From Guillardia theta CCMP2712 (Eukaryota; Protista; Cryptophyta): DNA of 37,267 nucleotides. This document shows positions 10,174 to 21,575 of this stretch, piece after piece (within the stretch, counting starts at the first letter, position 1; each line of letters opens with the position of its first letter). The notes beneath the pieces were generated by a model. That model ran no database searches and was not told the origin of the DNA. It saw only the letters and a program-made list of their open reading frames with translations. The stretch lies in assembly GCF_000315625.1 (NCBI RefSeq), contig NW_005434431.1, positions 26,996 to 64,262 on the forward strand, in the 5' to 3' direction. A program made the position numbers and the translations under genes.

Positions 10174-13100
10174 ATGGCGGCGAGACGAGGGCGAGGAGGG
10201 TCGGGATCTGCTCAGAAACAGGGGAGAGGAGCTGCTAAGGGAAAGTTTGGGGGAGAGGGTAAGGTCAGGAAGAATCCAGGCACATTCAAGGGAAGAGGAG
10301 GAAAGAGTGGCGGCAACAGATCGTTTGAAAGCCATGGAAAGAAAACCAGATCGATTTTGAGAAGAAGAAGAATTTCCATGACCACAACAAGGGAAAAGCG
10401 AATTTTGAGAAGGGCAAGTCTCCTGCAAAGGGAAAGAAGTTTTTCAAGAAGAAGGGAAGAAGAGATGAGGAAGACAGAGATTCAGATGACGTCGAGGAGG
10501 AGTTGGACATTGATGAGGGTGTGACAGACGAAGAGACAGAGCACCAGGGGAACAACAGCTCAGCGGATGAGAGCGACGACGTTGGAGGGAGGATGGAGGA
10601 CGTGGAGGAGGATGCGTTCGACTCGAAGCAGAGCTTTCCCAGCATTGCATCGACTCAGCAAGAGGAGGGAGGGGAGGAGAAGGGGAAGAAGAAGTCAAAA
10701 TCAGGAGGCTTCGAGTCCATGGGCTTCAGCTATCCCGTCTACCGAGGAATCAAGATGAAGGGATATAAGGTCCCCACCCCCATCCAGAGGAAAACCATCC
10801 CCCTCGTCCTCCGCGGTCACGATCTGGTCGCCATGGCCCGCACAGGGTCGGGCAAGACAGCTGCCTTCCTGCTGCCCATGTTCGAGAGGCTCAAGGAGCA
10901 CTCGGTCAAGGTCGGCATCCGCGCACTCATCCTCTCCCCCACCCGCGAGCTCGCGCTGCAGACGCTCAAGTTCGGCAAGGAGCTGGGCAAGTACACGGGG
11001 CTGAGGATGGCGCTGCTAGTGGGGGGCGACAGCATGGAGGATCAGTTCGCAGCGCTGGCGCACAACCCGGACGTGGTGATCGCGACGCCAGGGAGGCTGC
11101 TGCATCACCTGGAGGAGGTGGGGCTGACGCTGCAGTCTGTGCAGTACATCGTCTTCGACGAGTGCGACCGGCTGTTCGAGATGGGGTTCGCTGCCGAGCT
11201 GCGAGCCATCATGAAGAAGGTGTCGGACAACCGGCAGACCCTCCTCTTCTCCGCCACCCTCCCTGCCGCCCTCGCCGAGTTCGCTCGAGCAGGGCTCAAG
11301 GATCCGGAGCTGGTCAGGCTAGACGTGGAGACGAAGGTGTCGGATCAGCTGAGAATGGCGTTCCTGTGCGTGAGGGCAGAGGAGAGAGACGCGGCGCTGC
11401 TGTACCTGGTGAAGAACAAGATCAAGCAGGGGATCAAACCATCATCTTCGTCGCCACCAAGCATCATGTCGAGTACGTCCATGCTCTCCTCGCATCGGTC
11501 GGCATTGAGGCCTGCATGTTGTATGGGGCGATGGACCCGGCGGCCCGCAAGATCGCCATCGGGAGGTTCCGGGCGAAGCTCTCGCAGTACCTCATCGTGA
11601 CCGACGTGGCTGCTCGCGGCGTTGACATCCCGCTGCTGGAGAATGTGATCAACCACAACTTCCCCGGCAAGGCCAAACTCTTCGTCCATCGAGTAGGACG
11701 CGCGGCAAGGGCAGGAAGGAGCGGAACAGGTGAGCGGAGGAGGTTGGGGTGGAGGATGTGAGTGGAGGAGAAGAGCTGACAGGGCCGCAGCGTACTCGCT
11801 CGTGGGCCCGGAGGACGTGGCGTTGATGATCGACCTCCACCTGTTCCTCGGACGACCCCTGCAGACGTCGGACCAGTCGGAGGAGGAGAACTCGTTCGAG
11901 GCCTTCTACGGTAGGATGCCGCAGTCCCTGCTCGACGAGAGTCAGGAGATCGTCCAGCGGCTGCTGCACGACAACTCAGACCTGGCGGCTGCTCTCGCGG
12001 TCGCTCAGCGAGCGCTGGGGCTCTACAAGAAGACGATGGAGAAACCTTCGTCGCAGTCGATCCGGAGGGCCAAGGAGATGGACGAGGATGCGATCCACCC
12101 CTGGTTCCTCTCCGACGTTGACGCGTGCGAAGTCGCCGGGCAAGGGCGTCAGTTTCTCAAGGCCCTCCAGCATTTCCGCCCCCAGCAGTCGGTGCTGGAG
12201 GTTCACGACGGCACCAAGAAGGTGGCGGCCTCAGTGTCGCAGCAGATGCGAGCTCAGTTCTCCTCTGCCGTCGAGGCTCGTCGGCGAGCGCAGCAGTACC
12301 TGTCGATGACCGAGCAGATCAAGCAAGACCTCTCCGAGGAGCTGGTCGAGTCCCGCTCGCCTCCTCCCCTCGAGGACCATGCAAGCCAGAAGCGCGAGAG
12401 GCCGAGGGCCCTGAGCTCGGAGCCCAAGAAGAAGAGGAGCAGGAGCGCGATGGAAGAAGCGAAGCGACGGGACATGGAGAGCTTCCGGCTGGCGGGAGAG
12501 AAGGCTGACGCCAACACTGAGAAGGGGCTGACCATCCGCGAGGCTGCCAAGGACAGGCTGCAGAGCATCGAGCAGATGATCTTCGAGATGGACCCGGACG
12601 AGGAGGGGACGCTGCTGAAGAAGAGAGCTGTGCTGCGATGGGACTCGCGCAAGAAGAAGTTTGTCAAGGACTTTGACAGGACGCAGGACAAGACAGACGG
12701 GAAGGCGCGGATGAACGAGGCAGGAAAGAAGATCAAAAAGGGATATCGTCTTGGCCTCTACGACAAGTGGAAGGAGAGAAGGTCTGCTGCTCCTCCTGCT
12801 TTCCCCCCCCTCCCCCCCGATGTGCTTCCCTCCTCGTGCTGACACGAATGTCCCTGCAGCAAGGCGAGGATTCAGCTGGAGGGCGAGGAAGAGGACAGCT
12901 CTGTTCATCAGTCGCTTCCAGACTTCCGCAGCCGCAGGTCTCCTGCCTCCGCTCCTTCCCCCTCGTCTGAGAGCTGACGAGCGCGCAGGTTCAGGCACAA
13001 CAAGGGAGAGGCAGCGGCTGGAGGAGAAAAGCGGGGCCCGAGAGACGAGCTCAAGAGCAAGGATCAGATCAGGAAGGAGCGAGAGAAGAAACAGAATCTC

Positions 13101-13485
13101 AAAGAGAAGAACATGCCCAAGGCTCTTCGCAGGCTAGTCCCATCCACATCCTCGTCCCCTCCCTCACCCCCTCTCCTCATCTTCTCTCCCTCGCCTTCAC
13201 CTTATGGCATCATGTGTCTGATGACGATGCGTGCAGGAGGCTCGAGCAGAAGAGAAAAGAAGCCAACAAGGGCCCGAAGGTAACTCTCCCCTCCTCGCCT
13301 GTCCTCCCTGCCTCCCTGCCTCGCCTGCACCCTCGCCTCACCTCCTCCTTTTCCTACAAGTTTACCCTCTTCATCTACCCCCCTCCTCCCTCCCTCGACA
13401 CATGTCCTATCACCATGCACTGATTGTTGTCCAATAGGGCAAGCCTCATATCACAAAGGCCTCGATCCGCAAGTCCAAACGATAA
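10174..13485 (+). CDS. DBP10: ATP-dependent DEAD-box RNA helicase DBP10/DDX54 (two apparent single-base frameshifts)
   Basis: [71 protein letters not shown], plus the DBP10-type C-terminal WDSRKKKFV...YDKWK. Confidence 0.93.
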
Positions 13486-13666
13486 GGAGGAAGCGGAGGA
13501 AGAGGAGGAGGAGGAGGAGGAGGAGGAGGAGGGTGTAAACTTTGATCAATACAACAAGAATTTCACAACTTTGAGATGTAAACAAGGGTTATTTATTCAC
13601 TCACACTTATACTATATTACATCACATCGAGGCTGCTATGTACATCCTGAACTAGGTCTAGCTCTT

Positions 13667-13876
13667 TCAAACCTTCTCCTTGTGACCGCAGCTAATTATA
13701 CGGTCCTCTGCTTCCTCCCGCAAGGCTTCTACCTTACAGCGAGCAGAGAGGATGTTTTGCAGCACGAAAGACTTGCGAGGCGCCGGGGAGGACGTCGGAG
13801 ATCTGGTGCTGAGAGCGCTGGGGAGGGAAGGCTCCACGAGGGTGATGAATCGAGCAGGTCGGGCTTGGATGGTCAT
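13667..13876 (-). CDS. Microprotein paralog 1 (69 aa, MTIQARP...KSFVLQNILSARCK...)
   Basis: Shares the FVLxNILxAR motif with two neighbouring ORFs. ATG at 13876 in tcgATG context lies inside the longer called ORF 13667..14179. Confidence 0.65.
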   Translation of the reverse strand: MTIQARPARFITLVEPSLPSALSTRSPTSSPAPRKSFVLQNILSARCKVEALREEAEDRIISCGHKEKV

Positions 13877-14349
13877 CGAGACAGACGAAGGGAGAGGAGG
13901 ACTGATTGTACACGAGGAGACGTCGAAGAGAGTTCGACCGTGATGGCGTGGCAGTGGCAGGTGATGGGAGAGGAGGCGGTGAAGGAAAGAAGAAGAGGCG
14001 GCGGGGGGGGCAGGTACGTGCAAACGATTAGGAGCAAAACCGCCACGAGGTTGTGAACTTTTGTTTGCTGAAACGGAACGGTTCACATCCGTACGGTAAC
14101 TCCTGCTGCGATCACGAGGTTCTCGCACGAGCTGTTTACTACACCGGCTGCCTCCTTCAACAGCCACGTGCCCAGTCATGGCGGGTGATTAGACCGACTC
14201 CTTGGCCCGCTTGTCCCCACGTGACATTCACTTCTCGTACATGAAAAGGAGTCTTTTCGGATGTTGACCAGGAGCAAACGAGCTGTAAGGGTGGGCTTCC
14301 CTTTCCCCTATTTCCCTCCCCCGCTCTGGCTCGTCAGTTCAGTCTTACC

Positions 14350-14544
14350 ATGGCACTCAAACCTGTGCGCGGGGCTGCTGGCATGCAAAGACCAATAGCC
14401 TCGATGATATCTATAACCGATGAAAGTTGGTACTTGACGACTCATTCCTCGATCGATGCTGTCAGGCAAGACAAACCTACCAACTTTGTTCTGAACAACA
14501 TACTGAATGCGAGGAAGAAGTTAGATTGTCAAGTCCTGGCATGA
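14350..14544 (+). CDS. Microprotein paralog 2 (64 aa, ...TNFVLNNILNARKK...)
   Basis: Shared motif. accATGg start context. Confidence 0.7.
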   Translation: MALKPVRGAAGMQRPIASMISITDESWYLTTHSSIDAVRQDKPTNFVLNNILNARKKLDCQVLA

Positions 14545-15432
14545 CCCTATTCACATCTCTAGATATGCGGCTTGTCCTGAATCGCATCGCTGGATCAGCA
14601 GCCCTTATGTTCATAGGCTCGTTTGTCTCTTGTATTCTTTCTCGTCTTCTTTTCTACCGTATAATTGATGTTGTAAATACATGAACTAAAACCGTAAGTC
14701 AAAGTAGATTGTTGATGCCGCATGTCAATCATTCTTGTATCATGCAATACAAGATGGAGCCTTGATCCAAATGCGTTTGAACCAGAACTGCTCTGCCAAA
14801 CTATGGGCAGGGCTTGAGCAGTACAGAATATAAAGAACACTCTGTACTTTTGTGCTCTGACGAGATGCCTAGGCAGACAGGGTCTTGATCGTGGTCGTCT
14901 TGTTGCCTTGGCCTAGGGGAAGCTGGGTGAAGAGTGAACATATCACAATCAAGCAGGAAGCCTTGTCGCCTGATGACGCGATATCATATCGTTTACTGAC
15001 AATGGTGAGTTTGAAGTGGTCACCCGGGGCTCTACCTCGTTTCAATTCCCAACCTCTCTTCAATTCTATTATCAGCTATCTCACAGCTATCAGTGACGTG
15101 CCGGATGGTCTATAGCCAAGAATTCAAAGACCTTGTGCTGAATCCTTCAAAGATACACACCTTGCACTTCCATCGTGCGAGCGTGAAAGTCGGCGGCCTC
15201 AGCAATGACTCCCAACGTCGTCGACGGACAATACTGACCTCTTCATCGCTCGTGCTGTTGTTCCTTCATGAAACGGGGGCTCTGACTTCGACTCGCTTTC
15301 GCATCGGTTCAATCCCTGTCACGTTACCTACTCCGAAACGTTGCGATCTAGAGAGCCATTCCACAAGTTCCAAAAGCGCCTCGTTTCACCTACTTCCTAC
15401 CGGTCGTCCTCGTTGCTAGGTTTACGCCATCG

Positions 15433-15642
15433 ATGAAGCTTTGTCCTCCCCCCGCCTCTAGGAGATCAGTGCGCCTTGGCAACGTAAGCTGGACGGAAGC
15501 TGGACCTCCCAGTCAGCAGTACATCGCCGACCAGACGCAGTCAAACTTCGTGCTGGCAAACATTCTTGCTGCCAGGAAGAGATGCAGGTCGAACAAGAGC
15601 AACCGCAAAGTCGACAACATCTGCACGTTGTCATCGCCATGA
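15433..15642 (+). CDS. Microprotein paralog 3 (69 aa, ...SNFVLANILAARKR...)
   Basis: Shared motif. tcgATG start context. Confidence 0.7.
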   Translation: MKLCPPPASRRSVRLGNVSWTEAGPPSQQYIADQTQSNFVLANILAARKRCRSNKSNRKVDNICTLSSP

Positions 15643-16111
15643 CATCTCCTTCAAGCACGGAATAACTTGTGCTGCAAAAACAATACGTTCAAATGTGCAA
15701 GTAGGAAAAACGATTCGATATGCGTCTTCAAATGCGGACATGTTTCTATGTAATTTAGTTCCAACAGACTCTTCAGGTAGGCATCACTAATATCACGATG
15801 AATAAATATTACAGACACCAACTCATCAAACCAACAAGAATTTCAATCATCTTTGACTATTCTCATCATCTCATCATTTGAAATGAAAAACCTGCTCCTA
15901 TTCGAATTTCAACATGAGTGTTTCGAGCAACATTGATCCCTAATCCTATCTTCCAATGTTCCCTCTCTTCCCTCTCTTCCCTCCCCTCCCCCTCCTTGTA
16001 CAGCTCAAACATCACTCTTAGGTCAACACGCAGTTGGTTCTGTGACGTTCTTGCTTGAGCTGCTGCACTTTGTTAACGTGAACTACATTTCTATCCTCAT
16101 CTCCACCAGCG

Positions 16112-16486
16112 ATGTCGTTCACTATCTGGCAGCCATCTCTTGTTTCCTGTCCATCTATCGAGAATCATCTTCTTTCCTGCTACTTTCTGCTTCCTGCTTG
16201 TACCATCTGCAAGCTTGAGTGGCTTCATCCATCGGCTCCTCGTTCCTTCTGTTTCCGCGACCTTCTCCACCTCTCTTGCGCATCCTGTCGCAACTCGATA
16301 TCTCCTCAACTGAAGCCTTTTGTGCTCGCGGGTTTGCTTTGTTCTACTTCTGAAGGCACATATGACGTTCCCTTCAATCCTCCTCCTTCAAGAATCTTGC
16401 CCGGATTCCTCTCAGTCTGTTCCAGTCCCCTTCAACCCTCTACCGGCCTCCTCTCCCCTCCCACCTCTCTCTCCAGGAGAGACTGA
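16112..16486 (+). CDS. Possible small Cys-rich protein (two CxxC pairs)
   Basis: gcgATG start with CTIC and CASC pairs. No other support. Confidence 0.35.
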   Translation: MSFTIWQPSLVSCPSIENHLLSCYFLLPACTICKLEWLHPSAPRSFCFRDLLHLSCASCRNSISPQLKPFVLAGLLCSTSEGTYDVPFNPPPSRILPGFLSVCSSPLQPSTGLLSPPTSLSRRD

Positions 16487-16989
16487 CAAGCCTCCCTACA
16501 CCATCACAGTCTACACGTCTGTTCCGACCATGTTCCGAGCAGGTCACAGTCCGAGTTGCCGCCAGTTGGGTTCCGAGCGAGTTCCATTCCGGGTAAGTGA
16601 GGGGACGAGGTCCCGTTGGGATCCTGGCTTCGAAGTCTTAGCCAAGCCCTAGCTGCCCTAGGAATTGAGGTCCTAGTATCTGTCAAATGCCACGACATGA
16701 GTAGGCTGAGCAGTCATGAAGTGAGGATCCGGGGAGGAGAGGAGAGGAGAGTAAGAGAGCAGGAGAAGGAGGGAAGGAGGAGGAGAGAGAGAGGGAGCAT
16801 CTGGTGAGCAAGGATCAGACACTGGAGCATGAATCAGACAAGCGTCAATCACGCATACTGTTGCCTTGCAGGCTTAGTGATGTGAATGTTGATGGTGTTG
16901 TTGCAGGATGCCTTGAAGGAGCAAGCCATTGCGTGAATATTCAAAGTTGACAAGTGAATGCTCTGCATCAAGTTTGACAAGTGACAATC

Positions 16990-18626
16990 ATGGACTCTCT
17001 CAAGCTTCTCCAAGCTCTCGCCCTCCTCTTTGTCTTGACATCTGCTGTGGCCACGTCGAGCGACGGGTCTGATGTGTACGAGTGGGCTGCTGCCAACGGA
17101 GCGAACGTGAGCAAGGTGGTGCTGAGAGATGACGGGGAAGCAGGTCCAATCCTTCACGCGAAGGAAGACATCGAGGCAGGCGAAGTGATCCTCTCGCTGC
17201 CAGCGAACCTTCTCTTCCCTACACGTGTCTCCGATCACTCTCCGGTCGTGCACATGATTGAGAACACAACCATCGGAAGGATCACCGCCATCTGCTTGTA
17301 CCTCATCTCCGAGAGAGCTGACTCCAGCTCTCACTGGAAACCATGGCTGCAGTCGCTCCCTCCTCGCTTCTTCCACGCGCTGTCCTACAGCGAGGACGAC
17401 ATGCTTCACTTCCAGGCCTCGTCGTTCAAGGAGCTGCGAGACAGGAAGAAGAAGAACGTCCGACAAGAGTACGAGCAGACCGTCGCTCCTCTCCTCCACA
17501 AGCTCCCAGCCTTCGACCCTCTGCTCGCAGCAGTCGACAAGCCTCAAAATGTGACGAGAGAAGACTTCACGTACGAGGCCTTCGAGTGGGCTTACTCGGT
17601 CGTGACCACTCGCGGCATCTTTCCCGGGCTGCTGGGAGAGGAGGAGAGAGAGGGAGAGGTTCCACTGCTCGTCCTCGGCCCCCTCGCCGACAGCTTCATC
17701 CATGGCGCCAGCGGGGTCAAGATCTCCTACGACGCCCAGGAGCATCGCTGCGTCTTCTCTGCCCTGCACAAGGTGGCCAAGAACTCTCCCATCTCCATCG
17801 GCGTCGGTATGTCCTCTAACATGGAGCTGCTCGCCAACCGCGGATTCATGATGCAGAACAACGGGAACAACTTCGTGCTGATGAAGTTCCAGCTTGACAG
17901 GAACAGCGACATGCACGCGAGCGCGAGAGAGTCGATGATGAAGCAGCTGAATCTCTCCAACCCCATGACGTACGTCGTCAGGTATGGCGAGATGCCGCAG
18001 GGCCTCCTCGCCAGCCTGCGCATCCAATCGCTCTCTCCTGTAGAGTTCGGGTCCTACGGCAAGGCTCTCGCTACCCCCGTGACGCTCGAGAACGAGTGGC
18101 GGGCATATCGGCTGCTCATCTCCTCGTGCAACAGCATCCTCGCCATGTACCCCACGTGAGCTCACGCGCATGCGGCTCGCGGCTGACAGCTGACGGATGA
18201 GAGCAGGACCATCGAGGAGGACGAGATTGTGCTGACACAAACGAAGACGAGTAGACACCTGCGAGCTGCTGTCCTGCTAAGAAGAGAGGTACGTGCCGCT
18301 CGCTCCCCCGATGACTCCTCCACTCTCCGCAATTCTCGTCCTCGTCCTTCTCTGAGGCGCAACCGACGCAGGAGAAGTTGATCTACGAGTCGATCAAGAC
18401 GTGGGCCAATGGTGAGAGAAATTCGTCGACTCCTCCTCCTCCTCCTCCTCCTCCTCCTCCTCCTCCTCCTCCTCCTCCTCCTCCTCCTCACTCCTCCTCC
18501 TCACTCCTTCTTCTCCTCACTCCTTCACCTCTCCTTCCTCTCCCTCTCCCTCACATCCTCGCAGACGCCTGGGCTTCCATTCTGTACGCATCCGCTGCTC
18601 CTGCCGACGGGTCTAGCTCCCAATGA
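16990..18626 (+). CDS. SET-domain protein of the Rubisco-LSMT/SETD3 class with an N-terminal signal peptide
   Basis: AKEDIEAGEVILSLP, SHWKPWLQSLP, FEWAYSVVTTR, PLADSFIH, NMELLANRGF, and YPTTIEED (LSMT substrate-binding lobe). Hydrophobic leader LLQALALLFVLTSAVA. Three short 3' introns. Confidence 0.88.
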
Positions 18627-18781
18627 GGAGAGAAGGAGGAGGAACAAGAAGGAGACAGTAAGAGTTTCTCGAGAAAGAGGATGAGCTGAGGTGACTTGGA
18701 ACTTTACGCACACTATCTTAACAAACGCCTACTTGGGCTTCTCCCCCACCAACAAGCATCTTTTCGCTCACGAGGCTGAGC

Positions 18782-20868
18782 TCAGATCGGATCTCTCTTG
18801 ACGTCAGCGATGAGGTCGCGGATGTCTTCCATCTTCACTCGTGGGGCTCCAGCAGACCAGTCAGCCTCGTCCAGCCTCTCCCTTGCCCGCTCAACCCACC
18901 ACCTGCTCATGCCTTCACCTCCTCAGGTCCTCTTCCTCTCTCCGCCTCCCCCTCCCTCCCTCTCCCTCTCCTCCAACCACCTTGTCCAGCTCGTTCCTCC
19001 TCCTCACCTCTCGTCATCAGAGCTGCTGGCGCATCCGGTCTCTTTCCTCTTCTCCTCGTACCTCTGGTGGTACTCGCGCGCTCGCCTGAAGTTTCCGGCG
19101 AGCAGAGAAGCATCGCCGAGCCACTTGAAGCAGGCGCGAGTCTCAGCAGCCATCGCTTGCTCCTCGGCGATGCTCAACGCCTTCTCCAGCTGCTCCGTCG
19201 CCTCTCTCAGGGCGCGACGAGCGAAGTACCGCTTGCCCTGGTTGAAGTAGAGGAAGAAAGCTTTGCGGTGCTCCTCCTTCTCGTCCTCCTCCCGCCGCCC
19301 AAAGTAACTGACAGAGAACGTCAGGAGGGTGTCAGGGGAAGCAAGGGAGAGACCTGAGCTGCTGCTGCTCTACGCTTCTCCTCCTCTCTCGCATCATCGT
19401 CTCGTAGGGAAATGTGAGCTGCTGCTTGTCTGTCGGCCACAGCACGTCGCTTGTGAGCCTCCTCGTCTTGTAGAAGAGCGCGTCTTGCTTGCTCCTGCTG
19501 TACAGAAACTCTTCCTCTTCCCACTTGCGCGCGTCTGACGTCACGCGCTCGAAGCCTTGTCGGGGGTAGAGCTGCTGGCGAGCGACGCTCAGAGTTTCTT
19601 CCTGCCGACCACACGACAAGATCAGACGACATCAGATGACACCACAAGATCAGACGACATCAGATGACACCACAAGATCAGACGACATCAGATGACACCA
19701 CAAGATCAGACGACATCAGATGACACCACAAGATCAGACGACATCAGATGACACCACAAGATCAGACGACATCAGATGACGCGACAAGATCAGACGACAT
19801 CAGATGACACCACAAGATCAGACGACATCAGATGACACGACAAGATCAGACGACATCAGATGATGAGATCCCAGCCGAACTCACGTGAAGCCGAAGTGAG
19901 GTAGAGAAGAACAAGACACCCTGCCCCTCCTGCCCCTCCTGCCCCTCCTGCCCCTCCTGCCCCTCCTGCCCCTCCTGACCCTCCTGCCTCTCACTGCTTC
20001 GAGGCAGCAGCGTTGTTGCATGCTCTTCGATCTTCCCTGCAACCAACGACGTTCGGAGCTGAAGGGGCTGACGGGAAACTTCAGCGATGCCTGCAGATCG
20101 CAGCGGAGGGCGACAAGTGCTGGCCATGTTGAGCGTCCTGCCGGCGAAGGAGGAGGAGAGGGAGGAGTGGTGGAGGGAGAAGGAGGAGAGGGAGGGAGCT
20201 GCGGCCTCCTGTGCTAGCTTCATGTTGCTTCTGACAATCTCTTCTCGCTCTCGCAGCATGTCACGCAGCTTGAGGGAGAGGTCGAGGGTCACTCCCCCGA
20301 TGAAGTCGTTCCCGTCCTCGTCCCAGTCGTAGACGAGGAGCTCGAGCTCGGAGTCAGGCGAGAAGAGGTCCATCAGGAACGTCTCCTCCCACACGGGGTT
20401 CAGCGTTCGCATCTTCCGGCTCGTGACGTGCTGGGAGACAACTCTCCTCCTCCCCGTCGTCCCGTCCTTGAGCAGCATCTCACAGAAGGGATCTGAGCTC
20501 CCCGTCAGCCCGTCCTTCACCGCAAGGCCCTCCGCTCGCTTGATGCAGATCTTGAGCGTGGCCAAGGCCTCCTTCCTCCTTCGCACTTCTTCCTTCCTCC
20601 CTCGCACCGCTCCGGCATGAGGAGCGACAGGACAGAGAGAGGAGATGGTGGCGGCAGCGTCAGTCTGGCCCCTTCGGTGAAGTTCTTCTTCCACATCCTT
20701 CAAGAGGCGGAGAGCATCACCAGCCGTTGGGACACGTTCAAGCAGGAGGAGAACCTCGTCCGGTCTGCTTTGACGAGCCAACAGCAGCAGCTCCTCCTTT
20801 AGCCTCTTGCTCGACGTCCCCGTCCTCACCGGCGGTTCAATCACATCCTGACTAGCTCTCCACTCCAT
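18782..20868 (-). CDS. C2-domain + TPR-like protein (multi-exon; start uncertain, next to a gap)
   Basis: C2: AEGLAVKDGLTGSSDPF...TLNPVWEETF...VYDWDEDGNDFIG. Downstream helical repeat: YFNQGKRYF...ATEQLEKALSIA...LGDASLLAGNFRRAREYHQR. Confidence 0.8.
19616..19864. repeat. 28-bp minisatellite, ~9 copies (acaagatcagacgacatcagatgacacc), intronic
   Basis: Tandem repeat between a minus-strand gtgagt donor (~19884) and a ggcag acceptor (~19602). Confidence 0.95.
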
Positions 20869-20981
20869 TAAGGAAGAGGCAAGTTGAGAGCCTCTCCCTC
20901 TCCCTCTCCCTCTCCCTCTCCTCCCTCTCCCTCTCCCTCTCCCTCCCCCTCCCCCTCCCCCTCCCCCTCCCCCTCTCCCTC

Positions 20982-21492
20982 NNNNNNNNNNNNNNNNNNN
21001 NNNNNNNNNNNNNNNNNNNNNNNNNNNNNNNNNNNNNNNNNNNNNNNNNNNNNNNNNNNNNNNNNNNNNNNNNNNNNNNNNNNNNNNNNNNNNNNNNNNN
21101 NNNNNNNNNNNNNNNNNNNNNNNNNNNNNNNNNNNNNNNNNNNNNNNNNNNNNNNNNNNNNNNNNNNNNNNNNNNNNNNNNNNNNNNNNNNNNNNNNNNN
21201 NNNNNNNNNNNNNNNNNNNNNNNNNNNNNNNNNNNNNNNNNNNNNNNNNNNNNNNNNNNNNNNNNNNNNNNNNNNNNNNNNNNNNNNNNNNNNNNNNNNN
21301 NNNNNNNNNNNNNNNNNNNNNNNNNNNNNNNNNNNNNNNNNNNNNNNNNNNNNNNNNNNNNNNNNNNNNNNNNNNNNNNNNNNNNNNNNNNNNNNNNNNN
21401 NNNNNNNNNNNNNNNNNNNNNNNNNNNNNNNNNNNNNNNNNNNNNNNNNNNNNNNNNNNNNNNNNNNNNNNNNNNNNNNNNNNNNNNNNNNN
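20982..21492. other. Assembly gap flanked by C/T-rich low-complexity DNA
   Basis: Run of N. Confidence 1.
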
Positions 21493-21575
21493 TCCCTCCC
21501 TCCCTCCCTCCCTCCCTCCCTCCTCCCCTCCCTCCCTCCCTCCCTCCCTCCCCTCCCTCCCTCCCCTCCATGTTT

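Noticed and set aside
10335-11435. Programmed frameshifting or pseudogenisation of DBP10 (shifts at ~10345 and ~11430)
   Set aside because: Both shifts fall in or beside short homopolymers (AAAA/TTTT and GGGG) in an otherwise intact essential gene. Sequencing error is the simplest explanation, and raw reads would settle it.
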